A DNA stretch of 64,000 bases from an uncultured Planctomycetia bacterium (GTDB taxonomy: Bacteria; Planctomycetota; Planctomycetia; Pirellulales; Thermoguttaceae). The notes under the pieces are model-generated. The model was given only the letters and a program-made list of their open reading frames with translations, had not been told where the DNA came from and did no database searches. Numbering within the stretch: position 1 is the stretch's first letter; every line of letters starts with the position of its first letter. This document shows positions 1 through 10,905 of this stretch, one piece after another. The position numbers and the translations under genes are program-made. Location of the stretch: positions 55,353 through 119,352 of the forward strand of contig CAWBRF010000037.1 in assembly GCA_963791075.1 (NCBI GenBank), in the 5' to 3' direction.

Positions 1-789
1 CAGGCCCTCGACGGCGACGTTTCCGCCGGTGACGGCCGCCGCGGCGAAGAAATAGCTGGCGGCCGAGGCGTCGGGCTCAATCGCGTAGCGGCAGGCCCGA
101 TAGCCGCTGGGGGCAATGTGAAACCGCTCGCCCTTCTGCTCGATGTGCACGCCGAAAGACTCCATCACGCGGCGGGTCATCTCAACATACGGCTGCGAAA
201 CGAGTTGGCCGGCGACGCGGAGTTCGACCGGCGTTTGGGCTGCGGGAGCGGCCATGAGCAGGGCGTTGAGGAATTGGCTGGAAATGTCGCCGGCGACGGT
301 CGCGCGGCCGCCGGGCAGGCCGGCGGCGTGAACCAGCACGGGAGGACAGCCTGTGCCGAATTGGCTGACCGCGTCGGCGCCAAGTTGCCCCAGGGCGTCC
401 AGAAGGTCTTCAATTGGCCGCTGTCTCATGCGGGCGTTGCCGTCGAGGCGGAACTCGCCATGGCCGAGCGCGGCGACGGCGGTCAGGAATCGCATCGTGG
501 TGCCGCTGTTGCCGGCCATGATGTCGGCCGTCGCGGCGGGCGGCCGTCCGTTGCACCCGACGACGCGGATCCTCGCCTGCGGCGGATCGTGCTCGATGGC
601 CACGCCGAGCAGTTCCAGTCCTTCGATCATCGCGCAGGTGTCGTCGCTGTCCAGCGCACCGTCCAGGATCGACTCGCCTTCGGCCAAGGCGGCGCAGACC
701 ATCGCCCGGTTTGTGATGCTCTTCGACCCCGGCGGGCGGATCGATCCGCGGATCGGTCCGGCAGGTTGAATTTCGATCGTGTCGGTCAT
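1..789 (-). CDS. aroA: 3-phosphoshikimate 1-carboxyvinyltransferase (EPSP synthase); 3' end cut by the window edge
   Basis: Hand translation of the reverse strand from ATG 789-787 gives [40 protein letters not shown]..., with the PGSKSxTNR motif. The frame is open to position 1, so it is absent from the ORF track. Confidence 0.85.
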   Translation of the reverse strand, partial: MTDTIEIQPAGPIRGSIRPPGSKSITNRAMVCAALAEGESILDGALDSDDTCAMIEGLELLGVAIEHDPPQARIRVVGCNGRPPAATADIMAGNSGTTMRFLTAVAALGHGEFRLDGNARMRQRPIEDLLDALGQLGADAVSQFGTGCPPVLVHAAGLPGGRATVAGDISSQFLNALLMAAPAAQTPVELRVAGQLVSQPYVEMTRRVMESFGVHIEQKGERFHIAPSGYRACRYAIEPDASAASYFFAAAAVTGGNVAVEGL

Positions 790-923
790 GTTCGACGCCG
801 TTGGACTGGCGGGACAAGGGGAGCGAACCCGCCCCCTTGGCGGCTGGTCTTAGCTGGTGTATAGTAACTTGTTTTGATCTCGGTTCAATCCCCCCCACTT
901 GCCGGCGTTGCCGGTCGGCTGCG

Positions 924-1931
924 ATGACGCGAATCGCCATTTTCGGCGCGACGGGCTATACCGCCTTGGAACTGCTGAAGATTCTCCTCCGCCACCCGGG
1001 CGCGGAGATCGTCGCCGTGACCAGCCGGCAGGAAGGGCAGCCGGCGGTCGCCTCGATTCATCCCTCGCTGTTGGGCCGCATCGACCTGCGGCTGGAGGAC
1101 CTGAGCCCGGCGGAGGTCGCCGCCCGGGCGGAATGCGTTTTCAGTTGCCTGCCGCACGGAGCCAGCGCCTCGGTCATTCCGCTGCTCTTGGACGCCGGGG
1201 CCCGCGTCGTCGATTTCAGCGCCGATTACCGCCTGAACAGCCCCGAGGTCTACGCCCAGTGGTACGGCCAGAAACACGTCGATCCCGGCCGGCTGGGCAA
1301 GGTGGTCTATGGACTGCCCGAGCTGTTCCGTTCGCAGATACCGCCGTCGCGGCTGGTGGCCAACCCGGGCTGCTATCCGACCAGCGCCATTTTGCCGCTC
1401 GCGCCGCTGTTGAAGGCGGGGTTGATCGAGCCGAAGGGCGTGATCGTCGATTCGAAGAGCGGCGTTTCCGGGGCGGGGCGAACGCCCAAGCTGACGACGC
1501 TCTTTCCCGAGTGCAACGAAAGCCTTTGCGCCTACAACGTCGGCCGGCATCGGCACACGCCGGAGATCGAGCAGGTGCTCGGCACGGCCGCCGGCGCGGC
1601 GGTCGAGATCATTTTTACGCCCCAATTGGTCCCCATGGACCGCGGCATTTTGACCACCGCCTATTCGCAGCCGACCGGCGCGATCGGCGAGGAAACGGTG
1701 ATGCAGACCTTGAGCGACTTCTACGCCGACGAGCCGTTCGTCCGCGTCGTCGATCACTTGCCGAGCACCAAGGACTCGGCGCACAGCAACTTCTGCGACA
1801 TCACCGCGCGGGTGATCCGCGGCCGCGTGCTGACGATCAGTTGTCTGGACAACCTGATTAAGGGGGCGGCGGGCGCCGCCGTGCAGAACTTCAATTTGAT
1901 GTTTGGTTTTCCGGAAACCACCGCGCTGTAG
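924..1931 (+). CDS. argC: N-acetyl-gamma-glutamyl-phosphate reductase
   Basis: ORF 801..1931. The conserved N-terminus [25 protein letters not shown] starts at ATG 924. [16 protein letters not shown] is the active-site Cys region. Confidence 0.9.
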   Translation: MTRIAIFGATGYTALELLKILLRHPGAEIVAVTSRQEGQPAVASIHPSLLGRIDLRLEDLSPAEVAARAECVFSCLPHGASASVIPLLLDAGARVVDFSADYRLNSPEVYAQWYGQKHVDPGRLGKVVYGLPELFRSQIPPSRLVANPGCYPTSAILPLAPLLKAGLIEPKGVIVDSKSGVSGAGRTPKLTTLFPECNESLCAYNVGRHRHTPEIEQVLGTAAGAAVEIIFTPQLVPMDRGILTTAYSQPTGAIGEETVMQTLSDFYADEPFVRVVDHLPSTKDSAHSNFCDITARVIRGRVLTISCLDNLIKGAAGAAVQNFNLMFGFPETTAL

Positions 1932-1938
1932 CGCACGC

Positions 1939-1962
1939 TCCCTTCTCCTCCGGGAGAGGGGA
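1939..1962. repeat. short copy of a GC-rich palindromic intergenic element (tcccttctcc-tccg-ggagagggga)
   Basis: Inverted repeat directly after the argC stop. It belongs to the same CCCTCTCCC/GGGAGAGGG family as 3913-3952, 23121-23160, 50265-50291 and 53118-53154. Confidence 0.6.
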
Positions 1963-2019
1963 CTTGCGATGCGGCAACTTGCCGGCCGATTCACGATCCT
2001 GATTTCGGAGAAATCATCC

Positions 2020-3213
2020 ATGTCCATCCGCGTTCCGCAGGGTTTTCTCTTGTCGGGCGTTCATTGCCGCATCAAGCGCGATCCGCAAAAACCCGACCTC
2101 TCGCTGGTCATGTCGGAGACCCCGGCGACCGGCGTGGGCGTGTATACGCAGAACCTCGTCTGCGCCGCCCCGGTCGAGCTGGACCGCGGCCGCACGCCGA
2201 GCGACCGGATTCGCGCGGTGGTGATTTGCTCCGGCGTGGCCAACGCCTGCACCGGTCCGCGCGGCCTGGAAGACGCGCGGAACATGGCGCGGATGGCGGC
2301 GTCCGTCTGCGGCGCCAAGGAGGAACAGGCCCTGGTCCTCTCCACCGGCGTCATCGGCTCGTTCCTGCCCATGGACAACATCGAACAAGGCATTTCCGCC
2401 GCGGCCGTCAAGCTAGGCGACACCGAAGCCTGTCTCATCTCCGCCGCCCGGGGAATGTTGACCACGGACACCGTTTACAAGGTGGCCGGGCGCTCGGCGA
2501 CGATCGCCGGGCGAGAAATTCTCGTGACGGGCATGGCCAAAGGGGCGGCGATGATGGGGCCCAACATGGCGACGATGCTCGCCTTGATTCTGACCGACGC
2601 CCCCCTCGACGCGGCCTCGGCCCAGGCGGCCTTGCGGGCGGGCGTCAACGACAGCTTCAACTGCATGAGCGTCGACGGCCACATGAGCACCAACGACACC
2701 GTGCTCTTGCTCGCCAACGGCGCGGCCGGCGGGGCGCCGCTGGCCGGCGACGGCCTTGCCCAGTTCCAACGCACGCTCGATGAAGTTTGCGTCGATCTGG
2801 CCAAAGCGATCGCCGGCGACGGCGAGGGCGCCACGCACCTGATCACCATCGACGTCGCCGGCTGCGCCGACCGCGACTCCGCCCTGACCATCGCCAAAAC
2901 CGTCGCCAACAGCCCCCTGGTGAAGACCGCCATCCACGGCGCCGATCCGAACTGGGGCCGCATCGTCTCCGCTGCGGGCTACGCCGGCGTGCCTTTCGAT
3001 CCGGCCGGCGTCAGCTTGCTGCTCAACGGCGTTTTGCTCTATCGCGGCGGCGTCCCCGAGCCGTTTGACGGCAAGGCGGTCTCCGATTCGATCCGCGATC
3101 GGCGCGACACGCACATCGAACTGTCTTTCCGCGAAGGGGCCGCCGGGGTGCGGTTTTGGACCACGGACCTGACCGCCGAATACGTTCGCCTCAATGCGGA
3201 CTATCACACCTAA
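2020..3213 (+). CDS. argJ: bifunctional glutamate N-acetyltransferase / amino-acid acetyltransferase
   Basis: ORF 1903..3213, with a likely start at ATG 2020 (MSIRVPQGF). ArgJ signature GMAKGAAMMGPNMATMLALILTDA. Adjacent to argC. Confidence 0.9.
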   Translation: MSIRVPQGFLLSGVHCRIKRDPQKPDLSLVMSETPATGVGVYTQNLVCAAPVELDRGRTPSDRIRAVVICSGVANACTGPRGLEDARNMARMAASVCGAKEEQALVLSTGVIGSFLPMDNIEQGISAAAVKLGDTEACLISAARGMLTTDTVYKVAGRSATIAGREILVTGMAKGAAMMGPNMATMLALILTDAPLDAASAQAALRAGVNDSFNCMSVDGHMSTNDTVLLLANGAAGGAPLAGDGLAQFQRTLDEVCVDLAKAIAGDGEGATHLITIDVAGCADRDSALTIAKTVANSPLVKTAIHGADPNWGRIVSAAGYAGVPFDPAGVSLLLNGVLLYRGGVPEPFDGKAVSDSIRDRRDTHIELSFREGAAGVRFWTTDLTAEYVRLNADYHT

Positions 3214-3364
3214 AAGCCCGCGAAAAAGACGAGGAAGGCCGCGATGAACCGCTCCGGCGGGCGGTTTCCCCCCCAGGCGCCAATTGACGCAAGACGCCGC
3301 TTTCCCTATAGTGTGGGGCGGGCGCCAGCATTGCACTGCCTGACGGCGCCCGGGAGGGCGGGGC

Positions 3365-3862
3365 ATGAGCAGCGACGAAAGTGCGGGGTCCGGCCTGGAA
3401 ACCATGCGGGGACGCAACTACCCCGCCATCCGCCAATTCACCGTCTTCCTCGAAAACCGCGTCGGCCAACTCCTCGAAGTCATCCGCCGGTTTGAAGGGA
3501 CCAAGGTCCGCATCGTCGCCCTGTCGATCACGGAATCGGCCGAATGCGCCTTTGTCCGCTTCGTCTTGAGCCATCCGGAAGACGGCCGCGAGGTCCTCGA
3601 ACGCGCCGGCCTGGCGATCATCGAAACCGATCTGATCGGCGTCGATCTGCCCAACGGTCCCCAACCGCTGTTGCAAGTCTGCACCGCGCTGCTCCAGGCC
3701 GAGGTGAACATCATCCACGCCTATCCGCTGTTGACTTGTCCGCACGGCCGGCCGGTGGTCGCCTTGATGGTCGACAACATCGAAATGGGCCTGGAAACCC
3801 TTGCCGCCAAGGGATTCGGCATCGTCACCGAGGCCGACCTGCTCAGCGAAACCCCGGGATAA
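3365..3862 (+). CDS. ACT-domain (amino-acid-binding) protein
   Basis: 165-aa ORF with two ACT-like halves (QFTVFLENRVGQLLEVIRRF... and NGPQPLLQVCTALLQAEVNI...). The start may instead be the internal Met near 3404. Confidence 0.55.
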   Translation: MSSDESAGSGLETMRGRNYPAIRQFTVFLENRVGQLLEVIRRFEGTKVRIVALSITESAECAFVRFVLSHPEDGREVLERAGLAIIETDLIGVDLPNGPQPLLQVCTALLQAEVNIIHAYPLLTCPHGRPVVALMVDNIEMGLETLAAKGFGIVTEADLLSETPG

Positions 3863-3912
3863 TCGGCGCGAGTAAAGAGGCGCGCAAGGCGGAGAATCGG
3901 CGTCTCGGGCAG

Positions 3913-3952
3913 TTCCCCTCACCCCGACCCTTTCCCAGAGGGAGGGGGGGAC
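3913..3952. repeat. GC-rich palindromic intergenic element, long form
   Basis: ttcccctcaccccgaccctttcccagagggagggggggac. Near-identical layout to 23121-23160 and 53118-53154. Confidence 0.6.
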
Positions 3953-3967
3953 TTGGGCGCGGCGCGA

Positions 3968-4936
3968 TCACTTCCCCGTCGGCCACGCCGCGGGCAGGCT
4001 CTTTGCCTCGCGCACCACGATCCGCTCCACCGCATCCCAGGCGAGGACGGTGACCGTCCATGTCCCATCCGACTCCTTGCGGCCAAAGACGCCGTGGGTG
4101 TCGCCGGACATGGCGCGGGCGAAGTGATCCGGAGCGAGGGTGTCGCCGCCGGAGATGTGCAATTCGACCTTCGCCTGCTGATCCTTTGCCGCCCAGAGCT
4201 GCGCAAGAATCTTCGCCAAGGGATGGCCGCCGGCGCGACCGTCCGGCCGCCGCGGGCCGCCGACGACGGAGGAACCCGGCTCCCGCAACTCGATCTGCGT
4301 GTTCGACGCGGTCTCTCGCTCCGCCGTCTCGGGCAAGGGAATGGCCAGTTCGTCGGGCGAGGCGATCTCCGCGGCCGAGTACGACTGCTCCGCCACTTCC
4401 GCGGCGTCGGCCGCGCCGAGTGCCTCGATCGCTTCCGGCTCGACGAGTCCCATTGCCGCCGCTTCCCGGCCGACGGTCGAATCGATGCTGATCTCCTCGT
4501 GTTGGGCCTCCTCCGCGCCCTCGTCCAACACCGGGATGCGGAATCGCGAGCCGCATTCGGGACATGCGCCGGGCCGCCCCTGGAGGCTCGCCGGGCCGTG
4601 CAAGTGGTGCCCGTTGGGGCAGAGAAATTCGATCTGCTGTTCTTTGGCCGCCGCCGGCTTGGCCGCGTGCGCGGGTCCGCCCAGGTTCGAATCGCTCATT
4701 TCCGCCTGGGAGCTGTCGGAACCAGCGCCGCCGGCCGGCGCGGCCTCCGCGGTGTTGGGAACGACGAATTTCACGCCGCAGCGCGGGCATTTCGCCGTTC
4801 GCCCCGACTGGTCCGCCGGACAATGGATTCGATGCCCGTTCGGGCAGAGAAATTCGATCACATTCCCCCCGCCTCGATAAGTGGGCAGCCCGCTTTGGAC
4901 CGACACGACCACAAGCCGGCCGCGACGCGGCTGCAA
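3968..4936 (-). CDS. hypothetical protein with two tandem zinc-ribbon modules
   Basis: 322-aa ORF. Duplicated module IEFLCPNGH(R/H)...CP(R/E)CG(V/S)(K/R)F.(V/I)P, an acidic linker, and a C-terminal globular part. Confidence 0.55.
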   Translation of the reverse strand: MQPRRGRLVVVSVQSGLPTYRGGGNVIEFLCPNGHRIHCPADQSGRTAKCPRCGVKFVVPNTAEAAPAGGAGSDSSQAEMSDSNLGGPAHAAKPAAAKEQQIEFLCPNGHHLHGPASLQGRPGACPECGSRFRIPVLDEGAEEAQHEEISIDSTVGREAAAMGLVEPEAIEALGAADAAEVAEQSYSAAEIASPDELAIPLPETAERETASNTQIELREPGSSVVGGPRRPDGRAGGHPLAKILAQLWAAKDQQAKVELHISGGDTLAPDHFARAMSGDTHGVFGRKESDGTWTVTVLAWDAVERIVVREAKSLPAAWPTGK

Positions 4937-5150
4937 GCCTATTCTCTTGATCCTACCTTACACTTGCGGCAGGAACAATCACCAGCGGGGATTGTCCTGA
5001 ATTTCCGCACGTGCAACGCGGCGCTGCTCGCTGGCGCCCTCCGCTAGCATTATATTCATGCACCCATTGGCATCAATCCTTGACAGGATGCCCGAATGTG
5101 CGAAACTGGAGGTGGGTCTGGGAAAATGGGTCCCTTCGTGCGAGTGTCGG

Positions 5151-5861
5151 ATGCCGATTGCCGTTATTTGTCCGGGCTGCCGCAAGACGTTTCACGTTGG
5201 CGACCAGTTTGCCGGCAAGTCTGGCCCTTGTCCAAAGTGCAAGACCGTCATCAAGGTCCCGGCGGCGACGGCGGAGGTGAAGGTCCACGCCCCAGGCGAC
5301 TTCTCCTCCGGCGGGCGGACGGCCGGCGGGAAACTGGCCCTGAAGCCGATCGCCCGGAAACAGATCAAACTTCAGCCGGTCGCGGCGGCAATCGTCGCCG
5401 CGGCGTCGCTGGCGATGATCGTCGCCGCCCGGCTGGGCGGAAAGATCGGCCTGCTGAGCCTCGACAGTTGGAGGGGCTATTGCGGCGTCACCGTCGCTCT
5501 GGCGATCATTTCGCCCGCGTTGGTCGTGGCCGCCTACAGTTTCCTTCGCGACGATGAACTCGAGCCGTATCGCGGCAAGTCGCTCTGCCTCCGCGCCGCG
5601 GCCTGCTCCCTCGGCTACATGGTCCTCTGGGGAGTGTTCGGTTATGTGACGGGCAACTTCCAAATGGAGGAGCTTTGGAGTTGGGCGTTTGTCGCCCCGC
5701 CGTTCTTTGTCGTCGGCAGCCTCGCCGCGTACGCGGCCCTCGATCTGGAGTTTAGCAGCAGTTTCCTCCTCTACTGCTTCTACGTGTTGATTACCATTTT
5801 CCTCCGCTGGGTCGCGGGGATGGGCTGGGTCTGGAACATCGTTCCGCCTTCGATCGTGTAA
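5151..5861 (+). CDS. zinc-ribbon membrane protein
   Basis: ORF 5058..5861. Likely start is ATG 5151 (MPIAVICPGCRKTFHV...CPKCKTVIKVP), followed by about 4 hydrophobic helices. Confidence 0.5.
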   Translation: MPIAVICPGCRKTFHVGDQFAGKSGPCPKCKTVIKVPAATAEVKVHAPGDFSSGGRTAGGKLALKPIARKQIKLQPVAAAIVAAASLAMIVAARLGGKIGLLSLDSWRGYCGVTVALAIISPALVVAAYSFLRDDELEPYRGKSLCLRAAACSLGYMVLWGVFGYVTGNFQMEELWSWAFVAPPFFVVGSLAAYAALDLEFSSSFLLYCFYVLITIFLRWVAGMGWVWNIVPPSIV

Positions 5862-5864
5862 GCG

Positions 5865-7191
5865 ATGCACGGCATCCTCGAAATCCCCGAAGTGGCCGCG
5901 CTCGATTCGCGGCGGGCGATCATCCGCATTCCGCCGGAGGTCGATGTCCCGCTGACGCCCCGCGTGCGGCAGATCATCGACACGGCCGACTTCCGCCGCC
6001 TGGCGCGGATCAGCCAGTTGGGCCTGGTTTCCCTGGTTTATCCCGCCGCGCTGCACACGCGTTTCGAGCACTCGCTGGGCGTCTATCGGCTTTCGCTCCT
6101 CTACCTGAAGCAATTGGCCCATCAGGACCGCATGGCGGCGGTCCGGCCGGAAGCGGCCGAGACGTTCATCGCCGCGGCGCTGCTGCACGATTTGGGTCAT
6201 TGGCCGTTCTGCCATCCGATCGAAGACCTCGACTTGCCGGGCGTGCCGAGCCACGAGTTGTTCGCCAACAGTCTCCTCTTGGAGGGCGAAGTCGGCGACG
6301 TGTTGCGGCACGATTGGGGCGTAAGTCCCCGCGACGTGGTGGCGCTGCTGAGCGAGAAGCCCCGCGACGCCCCCGCGCATCCTCGCCAGCATGTTGTCCG
6401 GACCGATCGACATCGACAAGATGGACTATCTCTTCCGCGACAGCCTGCACGCCGGCGTCCCCTACGGCCGGCACTTCGACCAGCAACGCCTCTTGGGCAG
6501 CCTGTGTCTGAACAAGGCGGGCGACGGGCTGGCGGTGACGGAAAAGGGGAAGACGGCGGCGGAGTTGATGGTCTTCGCCCGCTATGTCATGTTCAGCGAG
6601 GTCTATTGGCATCACGGGGTCCGCGCGGCGACGGCGATGCTCCAGCGGGCGTTTTACCTGCTGCACGGCGCCGTGGACGCCGACGCCTTGTTTCGCATGA
6701 CCGAGCAGGAATTCATCGACGAGCTTCAGCGGGTCGGCGGCGGCGGGCCGGCCGGCGAGCTTCTTTCCGGTTTGTTCGGCCCGTCGCGCCGGCTTTACAA
6801 GCGGCTGGCCCAATACAGTTTCTTCGAGCAGCGGGAACTTTATCAACGGCTTGCCCGGCGGCCCTATCCCTGGCTGGCCGCGTGCGCGGAGCAATTGGCG
6901 GCGGCCGCCAGCACGGCGTTGGCCCGCGTGGTCGCGCCGCACGAAATCCTTTTCGACGCCCCGCCGCCGGCGCGGGAAGTGCAATTCGACGTTGAGATCC
7001 ATTTTCCCAAGGAAGGGCGATATCGGCCCTTGGGGGAGGTCTCGCCGGTGATTCGCACTTTGGCCACGGAGCAGTTCGACGACTATGTGAAGCGGGTGCG
7101 GATATTCGCCCATCCCCGCGTCGTGGCGGACCTCCGCGATTTGCCTAACTTTTCCGAGTTGCTCGACCAGGCGATACGACGAACGGACTAA
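5865..7191 (+). CDS. HD-domain phosphohydrolase (dNTP triphosphohydrolase-like); frame-broken as given
   Basis: ORF 5865.. carries HTRFEHSLGV and LLHDLGHWPFCH. The sequence continues in ORF 6391..7191 (MLSGPIDIDKMDYLFRDS). The frame change lies at the C5 run 6370-6374. Confidence 0.7.
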
Positions 7192-8201
7192 TGTCGTGCG
7201 TGACGCAGACGGCGATTTACGTTCTGGATGCACTGGCGAGACGCCAGTGTCGCCCCGGTGCGGCGGATTTTGCCGCCCTAGCCCGCCGCATTGCGAACTG
7301 GACCACCAACTGTGTCGTGACTGCCATCATCCTCGTCGCCGGGATCGGCTTCGGCCGGCAAGCGATGCGTTGGTGGGCGGCCGACAAGGCGGAACCGATC
7401 GCCGAGAGTCCGCTGCTGGCGGCCACCGACGGCCTGGGCGACCCATGGACGCCGCACTTCTTGCAGTTCGGCGATCAGCCCTGGTCCATGTGGCGGCAGT
7501 CAATCGCCGCGGATCGGCCGGCCGCGGCGGCGGCGCTGCTGGCAAATTGCCGGCGTTTGATCGAAACGGCTGACGAACCTCCGGCGGCGAAATCACTGGC
7601 AAAGCCAGTGCCGCCCACCGATCCCCTCGGCGGCCTCCCTCCGGGCCTGGAAAAGCTCAAGCCGGCGGCGGAAGCGGCGGGGAAGTGGCGGCTGTATGCG
7701 ATCGAAGGCGGTTTTCCCATGGTCGCGGGGGTGCGACAATTTTCGCAAAACCCCCCCGACAAAGCGGGGTCTAACCTTGCCGAACCACCACGCCGCGTGG
7801 TAATCTGGGGATTAGCGGTCCCGGTCGCCGCCAAGGTCTGGACGCTGTGCGTTTTCCAGCCGATAGCGGGCGATGGCCGCAGTAAACCGGAACTTTTTCC
7901 ATCGCGCATCGAGCTACCCCCAGGAAGTCGGAAACTCGTTTCCATGCAGCTTGGCGACGGGGGCGGCATCGTCGCCTTCACTGGCCCCGAGCCGTTGGCT
8001 GCGTGGAAACAGTTCTTCGACCGCTGCTTCGCCCAGCGCGGTTGGAAGACGGACGGTTGGCGGCGGGCGGGATCGACGTGGCAGGCCCGTTTCGTCGCGC
8101 CCGCGGCGCGGCGGGCGGCGATGGCCGACATTCGCTTGAGTCCCGGCGGGCAGGGCAAGTGCACCGGGTTGTTGACGACGTGGCAAGGCGCGGAGAAATG
8201 A
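7191..8201 (+). CDS. hypothetical membrane-anchored protein, first gene of the Tad-like cluster
   Basis: 336-aa ORF with TAATG overlap onto the HD gene stop. One N-terminal TM helix. Only a 4-nt gap to the cpaB-like gene. Confidence 0.4.
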   Translation: MSCVTQTAIYVLDALARRQCRPGAADFAALARRIANWTTNCVVTAIILVAGIGFGRQAMRWWAADKAEPIAESPLLAATDGLGDPWTPHFLQFGDQPWSMWRQSIAADRPAAAAALLANCRRLIETADEPPAAKSLAKPVPPTDPLGGLPPGLEKLKPAAEAAGKWRLYAIEGGFPMVAGVRQFSQNPPDKAGSNLAEPPRRVVIWGLAVPVAAKVWTLCVFQPIAGDGRSKPELFPSRIELPPGSRKLVSMQLGDGGGIVAFTGPEPLAAWKQFFDRCFAQRGWKTDGWRRAGSTWQARFVAPAARRAAMADIRLSPGGQGKCTGLLTTWQGAEK

Positions 8202-8205
8202 TGAC

Positions 8206-8985
8206 ATGAAAGGCATTCAGGGCTTGATCGTGGCCGTCGGCTTGGGCGTGTGTGCCGCCATCCTCAATTACTTCTACCTCCACAACGAGTCGCAGAAGCT
8301 GAAGATGGTCTACTTCATCGCCCTGAAGCCGGACAAGACCGTCGTCCGCGGCGAGCGGCTTTCGGCCGACGATTTGGAAAAAGTGGGCATCCCGGAGCAG
8401 CACGTCGGCGCGCTCCCGGAGCACGCCGTCCTTTACTCCGACCGCGCCACCGTGGACAACCAGCCCGTTTGCCGCACTCTGTCCGGCGGCGCGCTGTTGT
8501 TGCAGGACGACATTCGCACGCCGCTGCAAGATCAACTCGAGCTGGGCGAGGGTGAAAAGGCGATCGGCATCCCCATCGACACGAGGACGTGCGTGCCCTC
8601 GCTGATCGTGCCGGGCGACAGGGTGTCGTTCCTGGTCCCCGTGGCCGCGGCGAAGACGCCGACGCGGGCGGCGGAAAACGCCAACGGCCAGGAGAACGGG
8701 CAACTCAATCCCATTCCCGACGCGGCCGCCGCGGCGTCTTCCGGCCTCACGCGGATGATTGGCCCCTTCAACGTCCTTTCGTTGGGGAACCGGCTGAGCC
8801 GGGCGGAAGTCTTGCGCGGGGCGAAGCTCCCGCAAGTCCAGGAAAACGTCATGATGATCAGCGTCGGCCTGAAGTCCAACGGCCAGTTGCAGGACGACGC
8901 CCAGACCCTCTGGGACCTGGTTTGGGCGAGCGGCGGCCGCGGCGTCGGGGTCGTGCAGTACGAACGCAAAGGCGCCGGCAGATAG
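8206..8985 (+). CDS. cpaB: Flp pilus assembly protein CpaB-like
   Basis: N-terminal TM helix (GLIVAVGLGVCAAILNYFYL), then a SAF-like segment (VVRGERLSADDLEKVGIP). Sits immediately upstream of cpaF, tadB and tadC. Confidence 0.6.
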   Translation: MKGIQGLIVAVGLGVCAAILNYFYLHNESQKLKMVYFIALKPDKTVVRGERLSADDLEKVGIPEQHVGALPEHAVLYSDRATVDNQPVCRTLSGGALLLQDDIRTPLQDQLELGEGEKAIGIPIDTRTCVPSLIVPGDRVSFLVPVAAAKTPTRAAENANGQENGQLNPIPDAAAAASSGLTRMIGPFNVLSLGNRLSRAEVLRGAKLPQVQENVMMISVGLKSNGQLQDDAQTLWDLVWASGGRGVGVVQYERKGAGR

Positions 8986-8994
8986 GCGGGTGCG

Positions 8995-10905
8995 ATGAAG
9001 ATTTGGTACAACAAGGTCAATGAAAGCCGCCGCTCGGTGATTGAGGCCGTCGAGCCGGTCATCACCATCGGCCGCGACAAGGCCAACACCGTCTGTCTGC
9101 AAAGCCCGCTGGTTTCGCGACGCCACGCTGTGGTCCGCGCGGCGAATGGAAAACTGCAACTGGAAAACATCGGGCTGAACAGTTGCGTCGTCGGCGACGA
9201 GGAGGTCTTGGGCGGACAGTCGGCGATGTTCGCCCCCGGCACGAAGGTCCGCATTTGGCCCTACAGCCTCACCTTCGAGGCGGAAAAGGCGGTCTCGATC
9301 TCCCGCGACGAACTCGAAAGCCACTTGCGCTCGAACATGGCCGACTTGGAGCTGCGCATCCATCGCAAACTCTTGGAGCGGCTGGACCTGTACGAGTTCG
9401 AAGGCGACCGCGGCAGCGATCCGGAGAGCATCGTCCTGCTGGAAAACAACATCGAGGACGTTTGCCGCGAGATGAAGCTCTTCAGCCCGGAGAACGAGGC
9501 CCTGCTGGAGGAAATCACCGGCCTGACCCTCCGCGACCACCTGGTCAATCAACTCATCATGGAGACGGGCGCGGACCAGTATTTCGACCTCGCGGCGCTG
9601 ACCTCCAACGAGTTCGACGTTCCCGCCACGCTCGTGCCGGAGCGGGAGAGCGAGCCTGCACGACCTGTTGCAGTTCGTCCGCCAGCGGCTGAATCTAGGC
9701 GAGTGCCGCGACACGAGCCAGCGGGTGACGCGGGTGGAGAACGCCTTCAACGACATCTTCCATCTCGTCCGTCCGCATCTGCACCACGAGCTGCGCAAGT
9801 ACCTCATCTTGCGGACGTTGAAGAAAGACCTGAAGGACACGATTTTCGGCTTCGGCCCGCTCCAGGACCTGCTCCGCGCCCGACGGTGACGGAAATCATG
9901 GTCGTCGCCAGCGACCAGATCTACGTCGAGCGGTCCGGATTGATCGAGCGGTCCGGCCGCCGATTTATTTCGGACCAGGTGACGGAGGCGATTATCGAGC
10001 GGATCGTCGCCCAGGTGGGCCGGCGAATCGACAAGAGCCAGCCGCTGGTGGACGCCCGGCTGCCCGACGGCTCGCGCGTCAACGCGGTGATCCCGCCGCT
10101 GGCGGTCAAAGGCCCGACGCTCACGGTGCGGAAGTTTCCCGCCCAACGGCTGACGATGGAAGACCTGGTCGAGATGGGCAGCGTCACCACGGCGGCGGCG
10201 ATGTTCCTGCGGGCGTGCGTGATCGATCGCCACAACATCCTCGTCAGCGGCGGCACGGGCACGGGCAAGACGACGATGCTCAACGTCCTGAGCAGCTTCA
10301 TCCCCTTCAAAGAGCGAATCATCACGATCGAGGACACGACGGAGCTGCGCTTGCACCAGGAGCACGTCGTCACCATGGAGACGAAGCCGGCCAACGTCGA
10401 GGGCGCCGGCGAATACACCATCCGTGACCTGGTCAAAAACGCCCTGCGCATGCGGCCGGACCGCGTCATCGTCGGCGAATGCCGCGGGCCGGAGGCCCTC
10501 GACATGATCCAGGCGATGAACACCGGCCACGACGGCTCGATGACCACCGTCCACGCGAACAGCGCCCGCGAGGTCGTCGAGCGGTTGGAAGTGCTTGTCC
10601 TCATGGCCGCCGATCTGCCGGTCGCCTCGATCGACCGCCAGGTGGCGTCGGCCTTGGACCTGATCGTTCACATCAGCCGGCTGCCGGGCGGGGCGCGGGT
10701 GGTGACGCAGATCTCCGAGGTCGTCCGCTACGATCCGGAGGAAAAGCAGATGGTCGTGATCGACATTTTCAACCTCCGCGGCGGCCTGCTGCGGCCGACC
10801 GGCTATTTGCCCTCCTTTGTCGATTCGCTGGTGGAGAAGGACTTGTTGGACTTGCAATTTCTCTACGGCCGCGACGGCGCCAAGCCGGAGGCGATTGAGC
10901 CATGA
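8995..10905 (+). CDS. cpaF: FHA-domain-fused CpaF/TadA-type pilus assembly ATPase
   Basis: FHA domain (ITIGRDKANTVCLQSPLVSRRHAVV). ATPase core with Walker A GGTGTGKTT, RPDRVIVGECRG and MNTGHDGSMTTVHAN. Codons from ~9655 to 9885 are conserved only in ORF 9668..9889 (..IFGFGPLQDLL), so there are two compensating frame changes. Confidence 0.85.
   Translation: MKIWYNKVNESRRSVIEAVEPVITIGRDKANTVCLQSPLVSRRHAVVRAANGKLQLENIGLNSCVVGDEEVLGGQSAMFAPGTKVRIWPYSLTFEAEKAVSISRDELESHLRSNMADLELRIHRKLLERLDLYEFEGDRGSDPESIVLLENNIEDVCREMKLFSPENEALLEEITGLTLRDHLVNQLIMETGADQYFDLAALTSNEFDVPATLVPERESEPARPVAVRPPAAESRRVPRHEPAGDAGGERLQRHLPSRPSASAPRAAQVPHLADVEERPEGHDFRLRPAPGPAPRPTVTEIMVVASDQIYVERSGLIERSGRRFISDQVTEAIIERIVAQVGRRIDKSQPLVDARLPDGSRVNAVIPPLAVKGPTLTVRKFPAQRLTMEDLVEMGSVTTAAAMFLRACVIDRHNILVSGGTGTGKTTMLNVLSSFIPFKERIITIEDTTELRLHQEHVVTMETKPANVEGAGEYTIRDLVKNALRMRPDRVIVGECRGPEALDMIQAMNTGHDGSMTTVHANSAREVVERLEVLVLMAADLPVASIDRQVASALDLIVHISRLPGGARVVTQISEVVRYDPEEKQMVVIDIFNLRGGLLRPTGYLPSFVDSLVEKDLLDLQFLYGRDGAKPEAIEP

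Noticed and set aside
7978-10857. Very long antisense ORFs (7978..10857, 13854..16664, 17181..19730, 5073..6419, 885..2027, 23279..24637 and others)
   Set aside because: They lie opposite genes with clear family signatures. Their translations are Arg/Gly/Pro/Asp-rich low-complexity sequence with no motifs. Such shadow ORFs are expected in DNA with very high GC3.
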